Assembly (NCBI GenBank): GCA_037189525.1
Contig: JBBCJC010000002.1
Span: 704,001-768,000 of the forward strand
Direction of reading: 5' to 3'
Length of the DNA stretch: 64,000 bases
From: Gemmatimonadales bacterium
GTDB taxonomy: Bacteria > Gemmatimonadota > Gemmatimonadetes > Gemmatimonadales > GWC2-71-9
Positions 10,365 through 19,898 of this stretch are shown piece by piece. Below the pieces are notes generated by a model that saw only the letters and a program-made list of their open reading frames with translations, was not told where the DNA came from and made no database searches. The stretch's first letter is position 1. Each line of letters starts with the position of its first letter. The position numbers and the translations under genes are program-made.

Positions 10365-11683
10365 TGGCTTCGATTCTCGTAGTGGACGACGAACCCGGAA
10401 TCCGGGACTTTCTGGTCGACGCGCTGGCTGCGGACGGACATGTCCTCGATGCGGCGCCGCATGCCGCCGGCGCGCTCGCGGCGCTTTCCCGCCGGGCGTT
10501 CGATCTCCTGCTCACCGACCTCCGCATGCCGGGCGAAATGGATGGCATGGGGCTGGTCCGGCGGGTCCGGGCCGACTATCCCGAGATGGACGTCGTGGTG
10601 CTGACGGCCCACGGGACCGTACCGTCGGCCGTCGAAGCGATCAAGCTCGGTGTCTTCGACTATCTGGTCAAACCGGTCGCGAGTCCGGCCGATCTTCGTC
10701 GTCTGATCGGGCGGGCTGTCGAGCGGCGGCGGCTCCTGGTGGCCAACGAGGCGCAACGGATCGACCGGCGGCTGCCGCCCTTTTCGTACGGCGATCCGAT
10801 CATGACGCCGGTGGTGCGCGCCCTGGAACGGGTTGCGCCGACCCAGTCCTCCGTCCTGCTGCTCGGCGAAAGCGGTACCGGGAAGGAGCTTGCTGCGCAG
10901 CTGATCCACGAACACAGCCCGCGAGCCGATGGGCCTTTCGTCGCCATCAACTGCGCGGCCATTACCGACTCGCTGATGGAAAGCGAGATGTTCGGACACG
11001 AGCGCGGCGCGTTTACCGGAGCGACCGCGGCTCGGCGCGGACGGCTCGAACTCGCCGACGGTGGAACCGTCTTTCTCGACGAGGTGGGCGAACTCAAGGC
11101 CGAGTTGCAGGCCAAGCTGCTGCGGGTGGTGCAGGAGCGATGCTTCGAGCGAGTCGGTGGCAACCGGACCATTGAGGTCAATGTTCGTTGGATTGCCGCG
11201 ACCAATCGCGATCTCGAAGACGAGGTGCGCGCCGGCCGGTTCCGCGAAGATCTGTACCATCGGCTGGCGGTGTTTCCGGTGCGGATGCCGCCGCTTCGCG
11301 AACGGAAACATGACATCATCCCGCTGGCGGAACGTCTGCTAGTCCGGGTTGCTACCGCGCTCAACCGTCCGCCGCTCGCACTCGACGACGATGCCCGCTC
11401 CCGGATCCTGGCGGCGCCCTGGCCGGGCAACATTCGGCAACTGGCCAATGCACTGGAGCGGGCCGCGATTCTCGCGGAGGGGACGGTGGTGCGTGGGATC
11501 GACCTGGAGCCGGCGGGTCAGCCGGCCCGCGGCGTCGCGACCGGGACGCTGGAGGAACTGGAGCGAGACGCGATCGAGCGGACCCTGATCGAAACCGGTG
11601 GGCACCGTCGCCGCGCCGCCGAACGGCTCGGTATCGGCGAGCGGACCCTCTACGAAAAGCTCAAGCGCTACAACCTCTCGTAG
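10364..11683 (+). CDS. sigma-54-dependent response regulator (REC-AAA+-Fis HTH)
   Basis: ILVVDDE; GESGTGKE; GAFTGA; FLDEVGE; WPGNIRQL; C-terminal HTH; TGATG coupling to the kinase. Confidence 0.95.
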   Translation: MASILVVDDEPGIRDFLVDALAADGHVLDAAPHAAGALAALSRRAFDLLLTDLRMPGEMDGMGLVRRVRADYPEMDVVVLTAHGTVPSAVEAIKLGVFDYLVKPVASPADLRRLIGRAVERRRLLVANEAQRIDRRLPPFSYGDPIMTPVVRALERVAPTQSSVLLLGESGTGKELAAQLIHEHSPRADGPFVAINCAAITDSLMESEMFGHERGAFTGATAARRGRLELADGGTVFLDEVGELKAELQAKLLRVVQERCFERVGGNRTIEVNVRWIAATNRDLEDEVRAGRFREDLYHRLAVFPVRMPPLRERKHDIIPLAERLLVRVATALNRPPLALDDDARSRILAAPWPGNIRQLANALERAAILAEGTVVRGIDLEPAGQPARGVATGTLEELERDAIERTLIETGGHRRRAAERLGIGERTLYEKLKRYNLS

Positions 11684-11730
11684 CAGCGCGTCGCAGCGGG
11701 CGACGAGATCGCCGCCCGCCGCAAAATTCC

Positions 11731-12156
11731 TCAGCCGACCAGCGTGGCCTTGAGGGTCATCGGTACCGCCGAGAGGGCCCGGGATACGACACAGTTGACC
11801 TTGGTGGCTTCGGCCAGTTGCTGGAACTGATCATTCGACAGGCCCGGCACTTCGGCCTCGGTGACCAGGTCGATCCCGGTGATGGCAAAACCGCCGTCGA
11901 CCTGGCCCAGGTGGACCACGGCGTTGGTGTCGATCCGTTTGGCCGTATGTCCCGCCTTGGAAATCCCGAGCGAGAGCGCCATCGAGAAGCAGCCGGCATG
12001 GGCTGCCCCGAGCAGTTCTTCCGGATTGGTGCCGGGTGCGCCCTCGAACCGGGTCCCGAACGAATATTTCCCCTCGAAAACTCCGCTGCCGAGTTTGATC
12101 TGGCCGGAGCCCGAGCGAAGGTCGCCTTCCCAGCGTGCCGATGCTTTGCTGTCCAT
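11731..12156 (-). CDS. osmC: OsmC family peroxiredoxin
   Basis: ASARWEGDL..GSG; TNPEELLGAAHAGCFSMAL; NCVVSRAL. Confidence 0.93.
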   Translation of the reverse strand: MDSKASARWEGDLRSGSGQIKLGSGVFEGKYSFGTRFEGAPGTNPEELLGAAHAGCFSMALSLGISKAGHTAKRIDTNAVVHLGQVDGGFAITGIDLVTEAEVPGLSNDQFQQLAEATKVNCVVSRALSAVPMTLKATLVG

Positions 12157-12302
12157 AGTACACCTCGATCGTGGATGGGTCGTGGTGGCCCTGACCGGCG
12201 CCACCGGTGTTGCTCTCCCAACCTAATCGGCCGGACCGGACAAGGTATGACAGGCCTGGCTACTGTTCCCGCAGCAGCTTGCTGGGCAATTGCTATGATG
12301 CC

Positions 12303-12426
12303 TGGCAATCTGCCAACGAGTGGCGCCCGCGAGCGGTCAGCCAGTCCGTCGCGACTTGGTTAAGTGGATGATTTTAGAGCAGTTGGGGCCCAATGGACTG
12401 CCGAACGCGAATGGCGCGGGCCGTGC
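12303..12426 (+). promoter_or_regulatory. Probable sigma-54 promoter region of the diguanylate cyclase
   Basis: Palindrome TGGCAatcTGCCA (12303-12315); IHF-like site with 1 mismatch (12361-12373); GG-N10-GC element TGGCGCGGGCCGTGC (12412-12426). Confidence 0.45.
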
Positions 12427-12578
12427 CTTTGCTGGCCGTATTGCCTGGTGCCACACGGGGAGCCGTCGGCAGGAGCCGAGGTTTCCCGATCCAGGGCAGG
12501 GCCTGTCCGGGAATGGCCAGGCATGCCCCAGCGTTCCCGAAAAGGGCGGGGCGCTCTCGTGTACGCAAAGGATTGTGG

Positions 12579-13475
12579 ATGCGTGTTCTGATCGCCGACG
12601 ACGATGCTGTTTCGCGGACGTTGCTGCAGCGAACCCTGACGCAACTGGGTCACGACGTCGTTGCCGTCGAAGACGGTCCCTCGGCCATCGTCCAACTGCT
12701 GGCGCCCGACGGTCCTCGGCTGGCGATTCTCGACTGGATGATGCCGGGCGCCGACGGTCTGACGGTGTGTCGGGCGATGCGGCAGCGGAACTCACCCTAT
12801 GTGTACGCCATTCTGCTGACGGCCCGGGACGCCCGGCAGGACATGGTTGAGGCGCTCGAGGCGGGCGCGGACGACTTCCTGACCAAGCCGTTCGATTTGA
12901 CGGAACTCACTGCCCGGATGCGGGCGGGCGTGCGCGTCGTCGAACTGCAGGAGCGCCTCCTCGAGATTCAGGAAGGTCTCCGGGTGCAGGCAACCCGCGA
13001 CGACCTGACCGGACTGCACAATCGCCGTGTGGTGCTGGAGCACCTCGAGCGCGAATTGCGACGAGGACGGCACGAGCAGCGGCCGGTTGCCGTGGCCCTG
13101 GCCGACATCGACAACTTCAAAACGATCAACGACCGATACGGCCATCCCGCGGGCGACGTCGTGCTCAAGCGGGTGGCGGAGGCGTTGCGGCGGGAAGTCC
13201 GCGAGTATGACGCGGTCGGTCGCTACGGAGGCGAGGAATTCCTCTTCGTCCTGCCCGGCTGTGACCGGGAAAGCGGTCTGGTAGCTGCGGAGCGGATCAG
13301 GGCACGGGTCGCGGCAACGGCGGCGGTCTGGGAGGGCGTCGAGCTGCCGGTGACGGTGAGTGTCGGACTGGCCTGGGCCGGGCCCGGCGCGGGCACCGTG
13401 GCCGATCTGATTGCCACCGCGGACAGCGCGCTCTATCGAGCCAAGGCAGGGGGGCGGAACCGGATCGAGACCTGA
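12579..13475 (+). CDS. Response regulator diguanylate cyclase (REC-GGDEF)
   Basis: MRVLIADDD; DWMMP; KPFD; DDLTGLHNRR; DIDNFKTINDRYGH; I-site REYD; GGEEF. Confidence 0.93.
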   Translation: MRVLIADDDAVSRTLLQRTLTQLGHDVVAVEDGPSAIVQLLAPDGPRLAILDWMMPGADGLTVCRAMRQRNSPYVYAILLTARDARQDMVEALEAGADDFLTKPFDLTELTARMRAGVRVVELQERLLEIQEGLRVQATRDDLTGLHNRRVVLEHLERELRRGRHEQRPVAVALADIDNFKTINDRYGHPAGDVVLKRVAEALRREVREYDAVGRYGGEEFLFVLPGCDRESGLVAAERIRARVAATAAVWEGVELPVTVSVGLAWAGPGAGTVADLIATADSALYRAKAGGRNRIET

Positions 13476-13491
13476 TCCGCCCCCTCGCCCG

Positions 13492-13797
13492 CTAGCCGGG
13501 CTGGTTGGCGAGCCGCTCGAGCCGGCGGTCCATGATGAACGGGCCGAACGGAACCACGGCAGCGGCAATCCCCGCGAAGGTAGTACCCCGCGACAGCGGA
13601 ATGCGCTGCATACCTACCAGAAACATCACGACCAGCGCAACGAACAGCAGCCCGTGGATCGACCCCACGGCGCGCACCGCGCCAGGCATGTCGGCAAAGT
13701 ATTTGAGCGGCATGGCAATCCCGAACAGCACGAGGGTCGAGATCCCCTCGATGAAGCTCACGATGCGGAGGCTTTTGAGAAACTGTCGATCGATCAC
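13492..13797 (-). CDS. DUF3817-like small membrane protein
   Basis: IEGISTLVLFGIAMPLKY; GSIHGLLF; VPFGPF. Confidence 0.8.
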   Translation of the reverse strand: MIDRQFLKSLRIVSFIEGISTLVLFGIAMPLKYFADMPGAVRAVGSIHGLLFVALVVMFLVGMQRIPLSRGTTFAGIAAAVVPFGPFIMDRRLERLANQPG

Positions 13798-13823
13798 TGC
13801 TATGTCCTCCTGGACTCGCCGGG

Positions 13824-14570
13824 CTAGAGGCCGGGCGGGGTGGGCTTGTGGAGATGGACCGGATCACGCGCCGGCTTGCGCAGCTTGAGATTGAGAATCT
13901 CGACGAACACCGAGAACGCCATCGCGAAGTAGATGTACCCCTTCGGGATGTGCTGATCGAACCCTTCGGCCACCAGTGTCATGCCGATCAGGAGCAGGAA
14001 GCTCAGCGCCAGCATCTTGACCGTCGGATGGCGATCGACGAAGTCGCTGATCGGCGTGGCGAACAGGATCATGAAAATGACCGCGATGATCACAGCCGTG
14101 ACCATGACCCAGAGCTGATCGACCATCCCGACGGCCGTAATGACCGAGTCGAGCGAAAAGACGACGTCGAGCAGCAGGATCTGGAGGATGACGGTCCCAA
14201 ACGACGGATAGGCCGGCGTCTTCGTTTCGGTCGTGGCGCCTTCCAGCTTGCTGTGGATCTCGTGGGTACTCTTGGCCAGCAGGAAGAGGCCGCCCAGAAT
14301 CAGGATCAGATCGCGGCCGGAGATTTCCTCGGTAAGGACGGTAAAGAGCGGAGCCGTGAGCCGGATGATCCAGGAAATCGAGAAGAGCAGGCCGATCCGG
14401 GTGATCATCGCGAGCATGAGCCCGACCTGCCGGGCCCGCTTCTGCTGATGAACCGGCAGCTTGGCGCTCAGGATCGAGATGAACACGATGTTGTCGATAC
14501 CCAGGACCACTTCGAGTACCGTCAGGGTCGCCAGGGCGATCCAGATCTGGGGGTCGGCCAGCCATTCCAT
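13824..14570 (-). CDS. TerC family membrane protein
   Basis: LEVVLGIDNIVFISIL; DVVFSLDSVITAVG; IPKGYIYFAMAFS. Confidence 0.93.
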   Translation of the reverse strand: MEWLADPQIWIALATLTVLEVVLGIDNIVFISILSAKLPVHQQKRARQVGLMLAMITRIGLLFSISWIIRLTAPLFTVLTEEISGRDLILILGGLFLLAKSTHEIHSKLEGATTETKTPAYPSFGTVILQILLLDVVFSLDSVITAVGMVDQLWVMVTAVIIAVIFMILFATPISDFVDRHPTVKMLALSFLLLIGMTLVAEGFDQHIPKGYIYFAMAFSVFVEILNLKLRKPARDPVHLHKPTPPGL

Positions 14571-14573
14571 GGT

Positions 14574-16175
14574 TTACCAGTCCGTCGGTTCGTAGTCTTT
14601 GAGGAACTTGCCCCAGACGTGGCGGCCCGTGTTGAAACCGGTAATGATCGGATCGACGATGCGCGCGGCGCCGTCGACGATATCGAGCGGCGGATGAAAG
14701 CGATGCTCTGCGGTCTTGCGCGCCGCGATTTCGACGGGATCTTCGTCGGTCACCCAGCCGGTGTCGACGCTGTTCATGTGGATCCCGTCATTGAAATAAT
14801 CGGTGGCCGAGGTGCGCGTCATCATGTTGAGCGCGGCCTTGGCCATGTTGGTATGCGGATGCCGGGTCGTCTTGAACCGGCGGTAGAACTGGCCCTCGAC
14901 CGCCGACACGTTGACGATATGCTTGTCACGCTCTTGGGTCTTGAGCATCAACGGCTTGAGCCGGGCGTTCAGAATGAACGGCGCGATGGCGTTGACCAGC
15001 TGAACCTCGATCAGTTCGACCGACGGGACATCGGCCAGGAGCATCCGCCACGAGTTGTGACTGCGGAGATCGATCTGCTGGAGATCCTGATCGAAGTGCC
15101 CTTCGGGAAAGAGGTGCCGCTGCGCATCGATTTCATCGGGCAGGAGCGGCACTTGCGACAGCTCCGCGGCGTGCAGCAGGCCGGTGGCCGCCGGGGTGAC
15201 AGTCTCGCCGGCCGGCGCGCTGGAGCTTTCGGGGAGTAGCCGATGGCTGCGCAGCCCCTCGTACCCGCCCAGGAGCTTCCGGGCCGGCGTCGGTAGCTCG
15301 GTGGCGACCGCCGTTTCCCGGTCCATCATATGCTCATAGAACGCGGGCGGGCGCCGCACCGTCTGGCACGCGTTGTTGATGATGAAGTCGAGCCGGTCCC
15401 GGGTCGCCAGCAGGTGATGACAGAAGGCTTCGACGCTCGGCGTATGCCGCAAGTCGAGGCCGAAGATCTCGAGCCGGTCCTTCCACTCCTCGAAATCCGG
15501 TTCCGCTGCGTATCGGGCCGCCGAATCCCGCGGGAATCGCGTCGTGACGATCAGATGCGCGCCCGACCGGAGCAGTTTGATGCCCGCCTGGTAACCGATC
15601 TTGACCCGCCCTCCGGTGAGCAAGGCAACCCGCCCACGCAAATCGGCGAGTTCGCCGCGCTTCCGGAAGTTGAGCTCTGCGCAGCTGGGGCAGAGCTGGT
15701 CGTAGAAATGGTGGACTTCGGTAAAGCGGACTTTGCAGGTATAGCAGTGGCGCTCGTCGAGCGGGTTCTGCGCCTCGGCCTGTCCAGCGAAAGCATCGCC
15801 GTCTTCGGTGTCGTCTCCGATATCGTCCGCGTCGTGTTCTCCAGCCGGCGGAAAGACGTTCGGGGTCGTGAAGACCTTTTCCCGGCGCAGCTTCCGGATC
15901 CCTGTCGACGACAACACCTGTTCCTCGCGGGCCACCCGGGCAGCCTTCCGCTGCCGGCGCGAGGCTTTGACGAGTTGCCGGCGAACCAGCGCATCGGGCC
16001 GAGACAACCGGCCGGCGGCGCCGAGGAACCGAATTTTCAGGTCGTCCGGGATGCCGGCAAGCAGGCCGCGATCGGCGACGAGTTCTTCCAGGAGGTCGGC
16101 GGAAGCCTCCAGACGGGCCAGAAGGGCTGGATCGAGAAAGGAGAGAGGCTCGGGTGTGTCAGCGGGGCTCGACAT
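14574..16175 (-). CDS. SDR-family oxidoreductase with N-terminal extension and CxxC..CxxC motif
   Basis: [24 protein letters not shown] and CPSC. Confidence 0.8.
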   Translation of the reverse strand: MSSPADTPEPLSFLDPALLARLEASADLLEELVADRGLLAGIPDDLKIRFLGAAGRLSRPDALVRRQLVKASRRQRKAARVAREEQVLSSTGIRKLRREKVFTTPNVFPPAGEHDADDIGDDTEDGDAFAGQAEAQNPLDERHCYTCKVRFTEVHHFYDQLCPSCAELNFRKRGELADLRGRVALLTGGRVKIGYQAGIKLLRSGAHLIVTTRFPRDSAARYAAEPDFEEWKDRLEIFGLDLRHTPSVEAFCHHLLATRDRLDFIINNACQTVRRPPAFYEHMMDRETAVATELPTPARKLLGGYEGLRSHRLLPESSSAPAGETVTPAATGLLHAAELSQVPLLPDEIDAQRHLFPEGHFDQDLQQIDLRSHNSWRMLLADVPSVELIEVQLVNAIAPFILNARLKPLMLKTQERDKHIVNVSAVEGQFYRRFKTTRHPHTNMAKAALNMMTRTSATDYFNDGIHMNSVDTGWVTDEDPVEIAARKTAEHRFHPPLDIVDGAARIVDPIITGFNTGRHVWGKFLKDYEPTDW

Positions 16176-16252
16176 GGGGCCGCAACTTATCAGGGCCGGC
16201 GGGGCGAGCAAGTCTCGAGGCAGGGAGGCCCGGGTCAGGGAAGAAGCCCCGG

Positions 16253-16430
16253 TTTCTGATATAAGAATTTCATTATGTCAGAAAGTCTATGGTTATCTCA
16301 TATAATGATTCATCGCTCGTATCTTGTGGATGATAATCGTCCACATAGAATATTGTTATGTCAAATAGATCTATTGATTTTGACATAAGAATACTACTGT
16401 TGTAGAAACTCAATAATTTTCTGATATATG
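16253..16430. repeat. AT-rich island with three copies of a palindromic operator-like unit
   Basis: TTTCTGATATAA-gaatttca-TTATGTCAGAAA (16253-16284); ccacata-gaatattg-TTATGTCAAA (16341-16365); TTTGACATAA-gaatacta-(degenerate) (16379-16396); extra half-site TTCTGATATA just before the ATG. Confidence 0.7.
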
Positions 16431-17579
16431 GATTTGTCTGATTTTCGGTCTGGGCGATACGAGCGCCGGTTCGAGTACCAAAGCTTTCTCCCTGCGTCGA
16501 TCCACCATCCCTGGGTGATTTCGGATCCCGAGGTGCTCGACCTCCTGGGCCGAGCGGATCGGGCACTCGGTGAGTTGAATGCGTTTTCGCAGCTGGTGCC
16601 GGACATCGACTTCTTCATTGCCACCTATGTGGCCAAGGAGGCGGCCCAGTCGAGTCGGATCGAGGGAACCCAGACCGATATCGAGGACACGTTCAAGGAT
16701 GCGGAGGATCTGTCTCCCGAGGCCCGGAACGATTGGGCGGAGGTGCGGAACTACATCCAGGCGATCAACTACGCCATCGGAAGTCTGACGCGGCTGCCCT
16801 TTTCCAACCGGTTGCTTCGGGAGACCCACGCGGTGCTGATGCAGGGAATGCGGGGCCAGACCAAACAGCCGGGTGAGTTTCGCGTCAGCCAGAACTGGAT
16901 CGGTGTCAGCCTGGCCAACGCTACCTTCGTACCGCCGCACCACGAGCACGTTCCCGGATTGATGGGCGACATGGAGAAGTTTCTCCACGACCGAACCCTG
17001 CGGGTACCGCCGCTGATCCGGATTGCGATGGCGCACTATCAGTTCGAGACCATCCATCCGTTTCTCGATGGCAACGGCCGGCTCGGCCGGCTGATGATCT
17101 CGCTCTATCTGGCGGCGGAGAACCTGCTCGCCAGGCCGGCGCTCTATCTGTCGGACTACTTCGAGCGGCACAAAACCGCCTATGTGGATCATCTCATGGC
17201 GGTGCGTGAGGGCAATCACATTCGGGAATGGCTGCTCTTCTTTCTGCAGGGGACCGAACACACGGCCCGATCGGCGATCGACGTATTTCGGGCGATCCTG
17301 GCATTGAAGGAGGAGGTCGAGCAGGAGGTGCTGCCGCACTTCGGCCATCGGCGGCAGGCCAATGCGCAGCGACTGATCCGCTATCTCTACCGGCAGCCCG
17401 TCACCAGCGTCAAAGCGGTGACCAGGCTGCTCGGGACGACGATCAACACGGCAGCGTCGCTGGTCGACGATCTGCTCGAGCATGATGTACTGGTGGAGAT
17501 TACCGGACAGCGGCGCAATCGGCTGTTCAGCTTCAGCCGCTATCTGTCCCTGTTCACGGCAGGTCCGTCAGGAGATTGA
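16428..17579 (+). CDS. Fic family protein (class II, N-terminal inhibitory helix) with C-terminal HTH-like region
   Basis: HPFLDGNGRLGR Fic motif; SSRIEG inhibitory motif; C-terminal TGQRRNRLF. Confidence 0.93.
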   Translation: MDLSDFRSGRYERRFEYQSFLPASIHHPWVISDPEVLDLLGRADRALGELNAFSQLVPDIDFFIATYVAKEAAQSSRIEGTQTDIEDTFKDAEDLSPEARNDWAEVRNYIQAINYAIGSLTRLPFSNRLLRETHAVLMQGMRGQTKQPGEFRVSQNWIGVSLANATFVPPHHEHVPGLMGDMEKFLHDRTLRVPPLIRIAMAHYQFETIHPFLDGNGRLGRLMISLYLAAENLLARPALYLSDYFERHKTAYVDHLMAVREGNHIREWLLFFLQGTEHTARSAIDVFRAILALKEEVEQEVLPHFGHRRQANAQRLIRYLYRQPVTSVKAVTRLLGTTINTAASLVDDLLEHDVLVEITGQRRNRLFSFSRYLSLFTAGPSGD

Positions 17580-17636
17580 CTCTCGTGCGTCAGGTCCGTA
17601 CCGGTGCGCGGACCTGCGCAGATCCATCGGAGGCGA

Positions 17637-17993
17637 TCAGGGCCCGACCGGCAGCCGGGCCCCGCTTGGTGTGAACACCTCGACGGCCAGCGTAAAGGTG
17701 CGTTCGTCCGTGCCCTGCAGTGCGCCTACTCCCACGACGTGGCGGCCGATCTCTTCGCCCTTCGCGTTGCGAATGGTGAGCAGGACCGAGTACTCCCACG
17801 CTTCCCCGACGTTCGGGTGGCGGATGGTCCCCTCGACCTGAAGCGCCGAGAAGGCCGGCGCGACTTTGCCGCCTGCGCCGGAGCGCAGGTGGTGTCGGCA
17901 CGCCGGGCATACGCTGGCGCTTTCGAGGATCGAGGTACGACAATGGGGGCAGGTACGTGTTGCCCCCGGAGTACCCGGTCGGGCGTTGCTCAT
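17637..17993 (-). CDS. Hypothetical zinc-ribbon protein
   Basis: CPHC...CPAC; ATGA overlap with the bactofilin gene. Confidence 0.7.
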   Translation of the reverse strand: MSNARPGTPGATRTCPHCRTSILESASVCPACRHHLRSGAGGKVAPAFSALQVEGTIRHPNVGEAWEYSVLLTIRNAKGEEIGRHVVGVGALQGTDERTFTLAVEVFTPSGARLPVGP

Positions 17994-18475
17994 TTCCCGC
18001 TGTTGTCCCAGCCGAACTCGGCCTGGCCGCGCATCCGGGACCCGGCAGCCACGGTGAGGGAGCCGGCCTTGAGGTCGCCGGTCAGCACGCCGGTCTGGAG
18101 CAGCTCGACTCGGGTGGCGTCTTCGATGTTGCCCTCGACCTCGCCCCCGATGATGACGGTATGGGCGCGCACGGCGCCGGTCAGCTTGGCGCCCTGCTCG
18201 ATGGTCAGATTGCCCTGGACGTTGACATCGCCCTTGAAGCGGCCCGCGATCCGGATGTGGCCATTCCCCTCGATCTTACCCTCGATCGTCAGCTCGGCTG
18301 CAATCAGGGATTCTTTCATGTCTCGCTCCGGGGCTTTCCGCCCCGCGTCAAAGTTGGTCGATGGGAGGGTGATACGGTTGGCTTCAGGTTCCTTGGCGGT
18401 CGCGGGCTCCGGGATCGGTGCGGCGTCCTTTTTGACGAGAACCGGTTCCTTTTCCTTTTCTTTCCAGATGGCCAT
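17990..18475 (-). CDS. Bactofilin (polymer-forming cytoskeletal protein)
   Basis: SLIAAELTIEGKIEG..IRIAGRFKGDV..VIIGGEVEGNI..LTGDLKAGSLTV beta-helix repeats; AGGAG RBS. Confidence 0.9.
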   Translation of the reverse strand: MAIWKEKEKEPVLVKKDAAPIPEPATAKEPEANRITLPSTNFDAGRKAPERDMKESLIAAELTIEGKIEGNGHIRIAGRFKGDVNVQGNLTIEQGAKLTGAVRAHTVIIGGEVEGNIEDATRVELLQTGVLTGDLKAGSLTVAAGSRMRGQAEFGWDNSGK

Positions 18476-18667
18476 GGTGTGAAGCTCCTGTGAGCACCGA
18501 CGCCCTGCCGGCCGGAAGAGGGCGGCCGCAGCGAGATCGATGGACGGTGATGGTCGCTACTACCCGGAACTCGAGGGAGGCCCGCCCGGGTCGAGCCGGG
18601 TACGGCGCGCGAGGCGCGTACCCCGAAGACCGGGGGACGTCCCACCCGGCCCAATGCTGCACATCTC

Positions 18668-18704
18668 AGGGAGAGCGACTGTCGAGATCCTGGGCGCTCT
18701 CCCT
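18668..18704 (-). terminator. 10-bp stem-loop downstream of the dehydrogenase
   Basis: AGGGAGAGCG...CGCTCTCCCT. Confidence 0.4.
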
Positions 18705-18725
18705 CGATCAACTACGTCGTGAATC

Positions 18726-19898
18726 TTAGTACCCGGCCGCCTTGTCGACCACGTTGAGCAGCGGTTCACCGGCGGCAAACCGCCGGAGGTTTTCGCGGTA
18801 GAGCGCCGCCCCGCGTTCGATCGTCAGCTCCCCGCGTGATGCCATGTGGGGCGTGATGATGACGTTGGCCTGCTTCCAGAGCGGGTGATCGGTCGGCAGC
18901 GGCTCCGGATCGGTCACGTCGAGTCCGGCGCCCGCCAGGCGGCCCGAGCGGAGGGCCTCCAGCAGGGGTCCGGTTTCCACCACTTTGCCGCGCGCGATGT
19001 TGATCAGGTAGCTGCCCGGCTTCATCGCGGCAAAGGCCGCCGCGTTGAACATGTGCTCGGTTTCGGGCGTGAGTGGCACCGCAATGGCCACCACGTCGGC
19101 CTCGGGGAGCATGGCCAGCAGTTCGTTCGGCTTGCCGACCCGCTCGACGAACGGCGGCGCCGGATCATCGCTCCGGCGGGTGCCGATGACCCGCATTCCG
19201 AATCCGGCGCCGCGCCGCGCGATCTCCGTTCCGATGCCACCCACTCCGACGACCAGCAGCGTGCGACCCTGCAGGGCCACGCGCGGCAGTCCGATGCTCT
19301 CGTCGCGCACCCACTGTCCGGTCTTCTGGGCGTCGAGATAGGTCGGCAGGTTCCGGGTCAGCCCCAGCAGCATGGCAAAGACGTGGTCGGCAATGGCCGG
19401 CCCGTGGACCGCGCGCGAATTGGTGACCACGATCTGATCGGACCGCTCGCCGAGTTGGACCAGGAGCTGGTCGACACCGGCGCTGGGGGTGTGGACCCAG
19501 GCGAGATTCTTGGCCGCTGCAATGAACTCCGGCCGGGCGTACGATGCGTCGATTCCATGCGCCTCCTCGGCTCGGCTCAACGCTTCTTCTCGCGAGAGTC
19601 CGATCACGACGCGGACATCAGGGCCCAAGCCGGTCGTGTCGCCGAGCCGTTCCCGGGCGCTGGCGGGTACGAAAAAGGTGAGCGGCGGTGCGCCGGCACT
19701 TCGCTCGATGGCGACCTTGCTGTTACGGGTCGAGCCGAGTTCCTCTGCGGTCGATCGGACATCGGCGGCCGCGTTGCGTTTGCCGCCGGCCGGTTCGGGC
19801 GCCTTCGACGCGACACTGCAGCTCGAGCCGACCGCCCCGGCAAGGCAGACGAACAGCATCCAGGACGAGGCACGTGAGCGCGCAGCAAGGGTTGGCAT
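18726..19898 (-). CDS. D-2-hydroxyacid dehydrogenase family protein with N-terminal signal-like extension
   Basis: VGVGGIG; PLTPET; INIARG; LDVTDPEPL; ITPH; start uncertain. Confidence 0.88.
   Translation of the reverse strand: MPTLAARSRASSWMLFVCLAGAVGSSCSVASKAPEPAGGKRNAAADVRSTAEELGSTRNSKVAIERSAGAPPLTFFVPASARERLGDTTGLGPDVRVVIGLSREEALSRAEEAHGIDASYARPEFIAAAKNLAWVHTPSAGVDQLLVQLGERSDQIVVTNSRAVHGPAIADHVFAMLLGLTRNLPTYLDAQKTGQWVRDESIGLPRVALQGRTLLVVGVGGIGTEIARRGAGFGMRVIGTRRSDDPAPPFVERVGKPNELLAMLPEADVVAIAVPLTPETEHMFNAAAFAAMKPGSYLINIARGKVVETGPLLEALRSGRLAGAGLDVTDPEPLPTDHPLWKQANVIITPHMASRGELTIERGAALYRENLRRFAAGEPLLNVVDKAAGY

Noticed and set aside
16253..16430. CRISPR array or insertion sequence end
   Set aside because: Only three degenerate units with irregular spacing; no cas or transposase gene nearby
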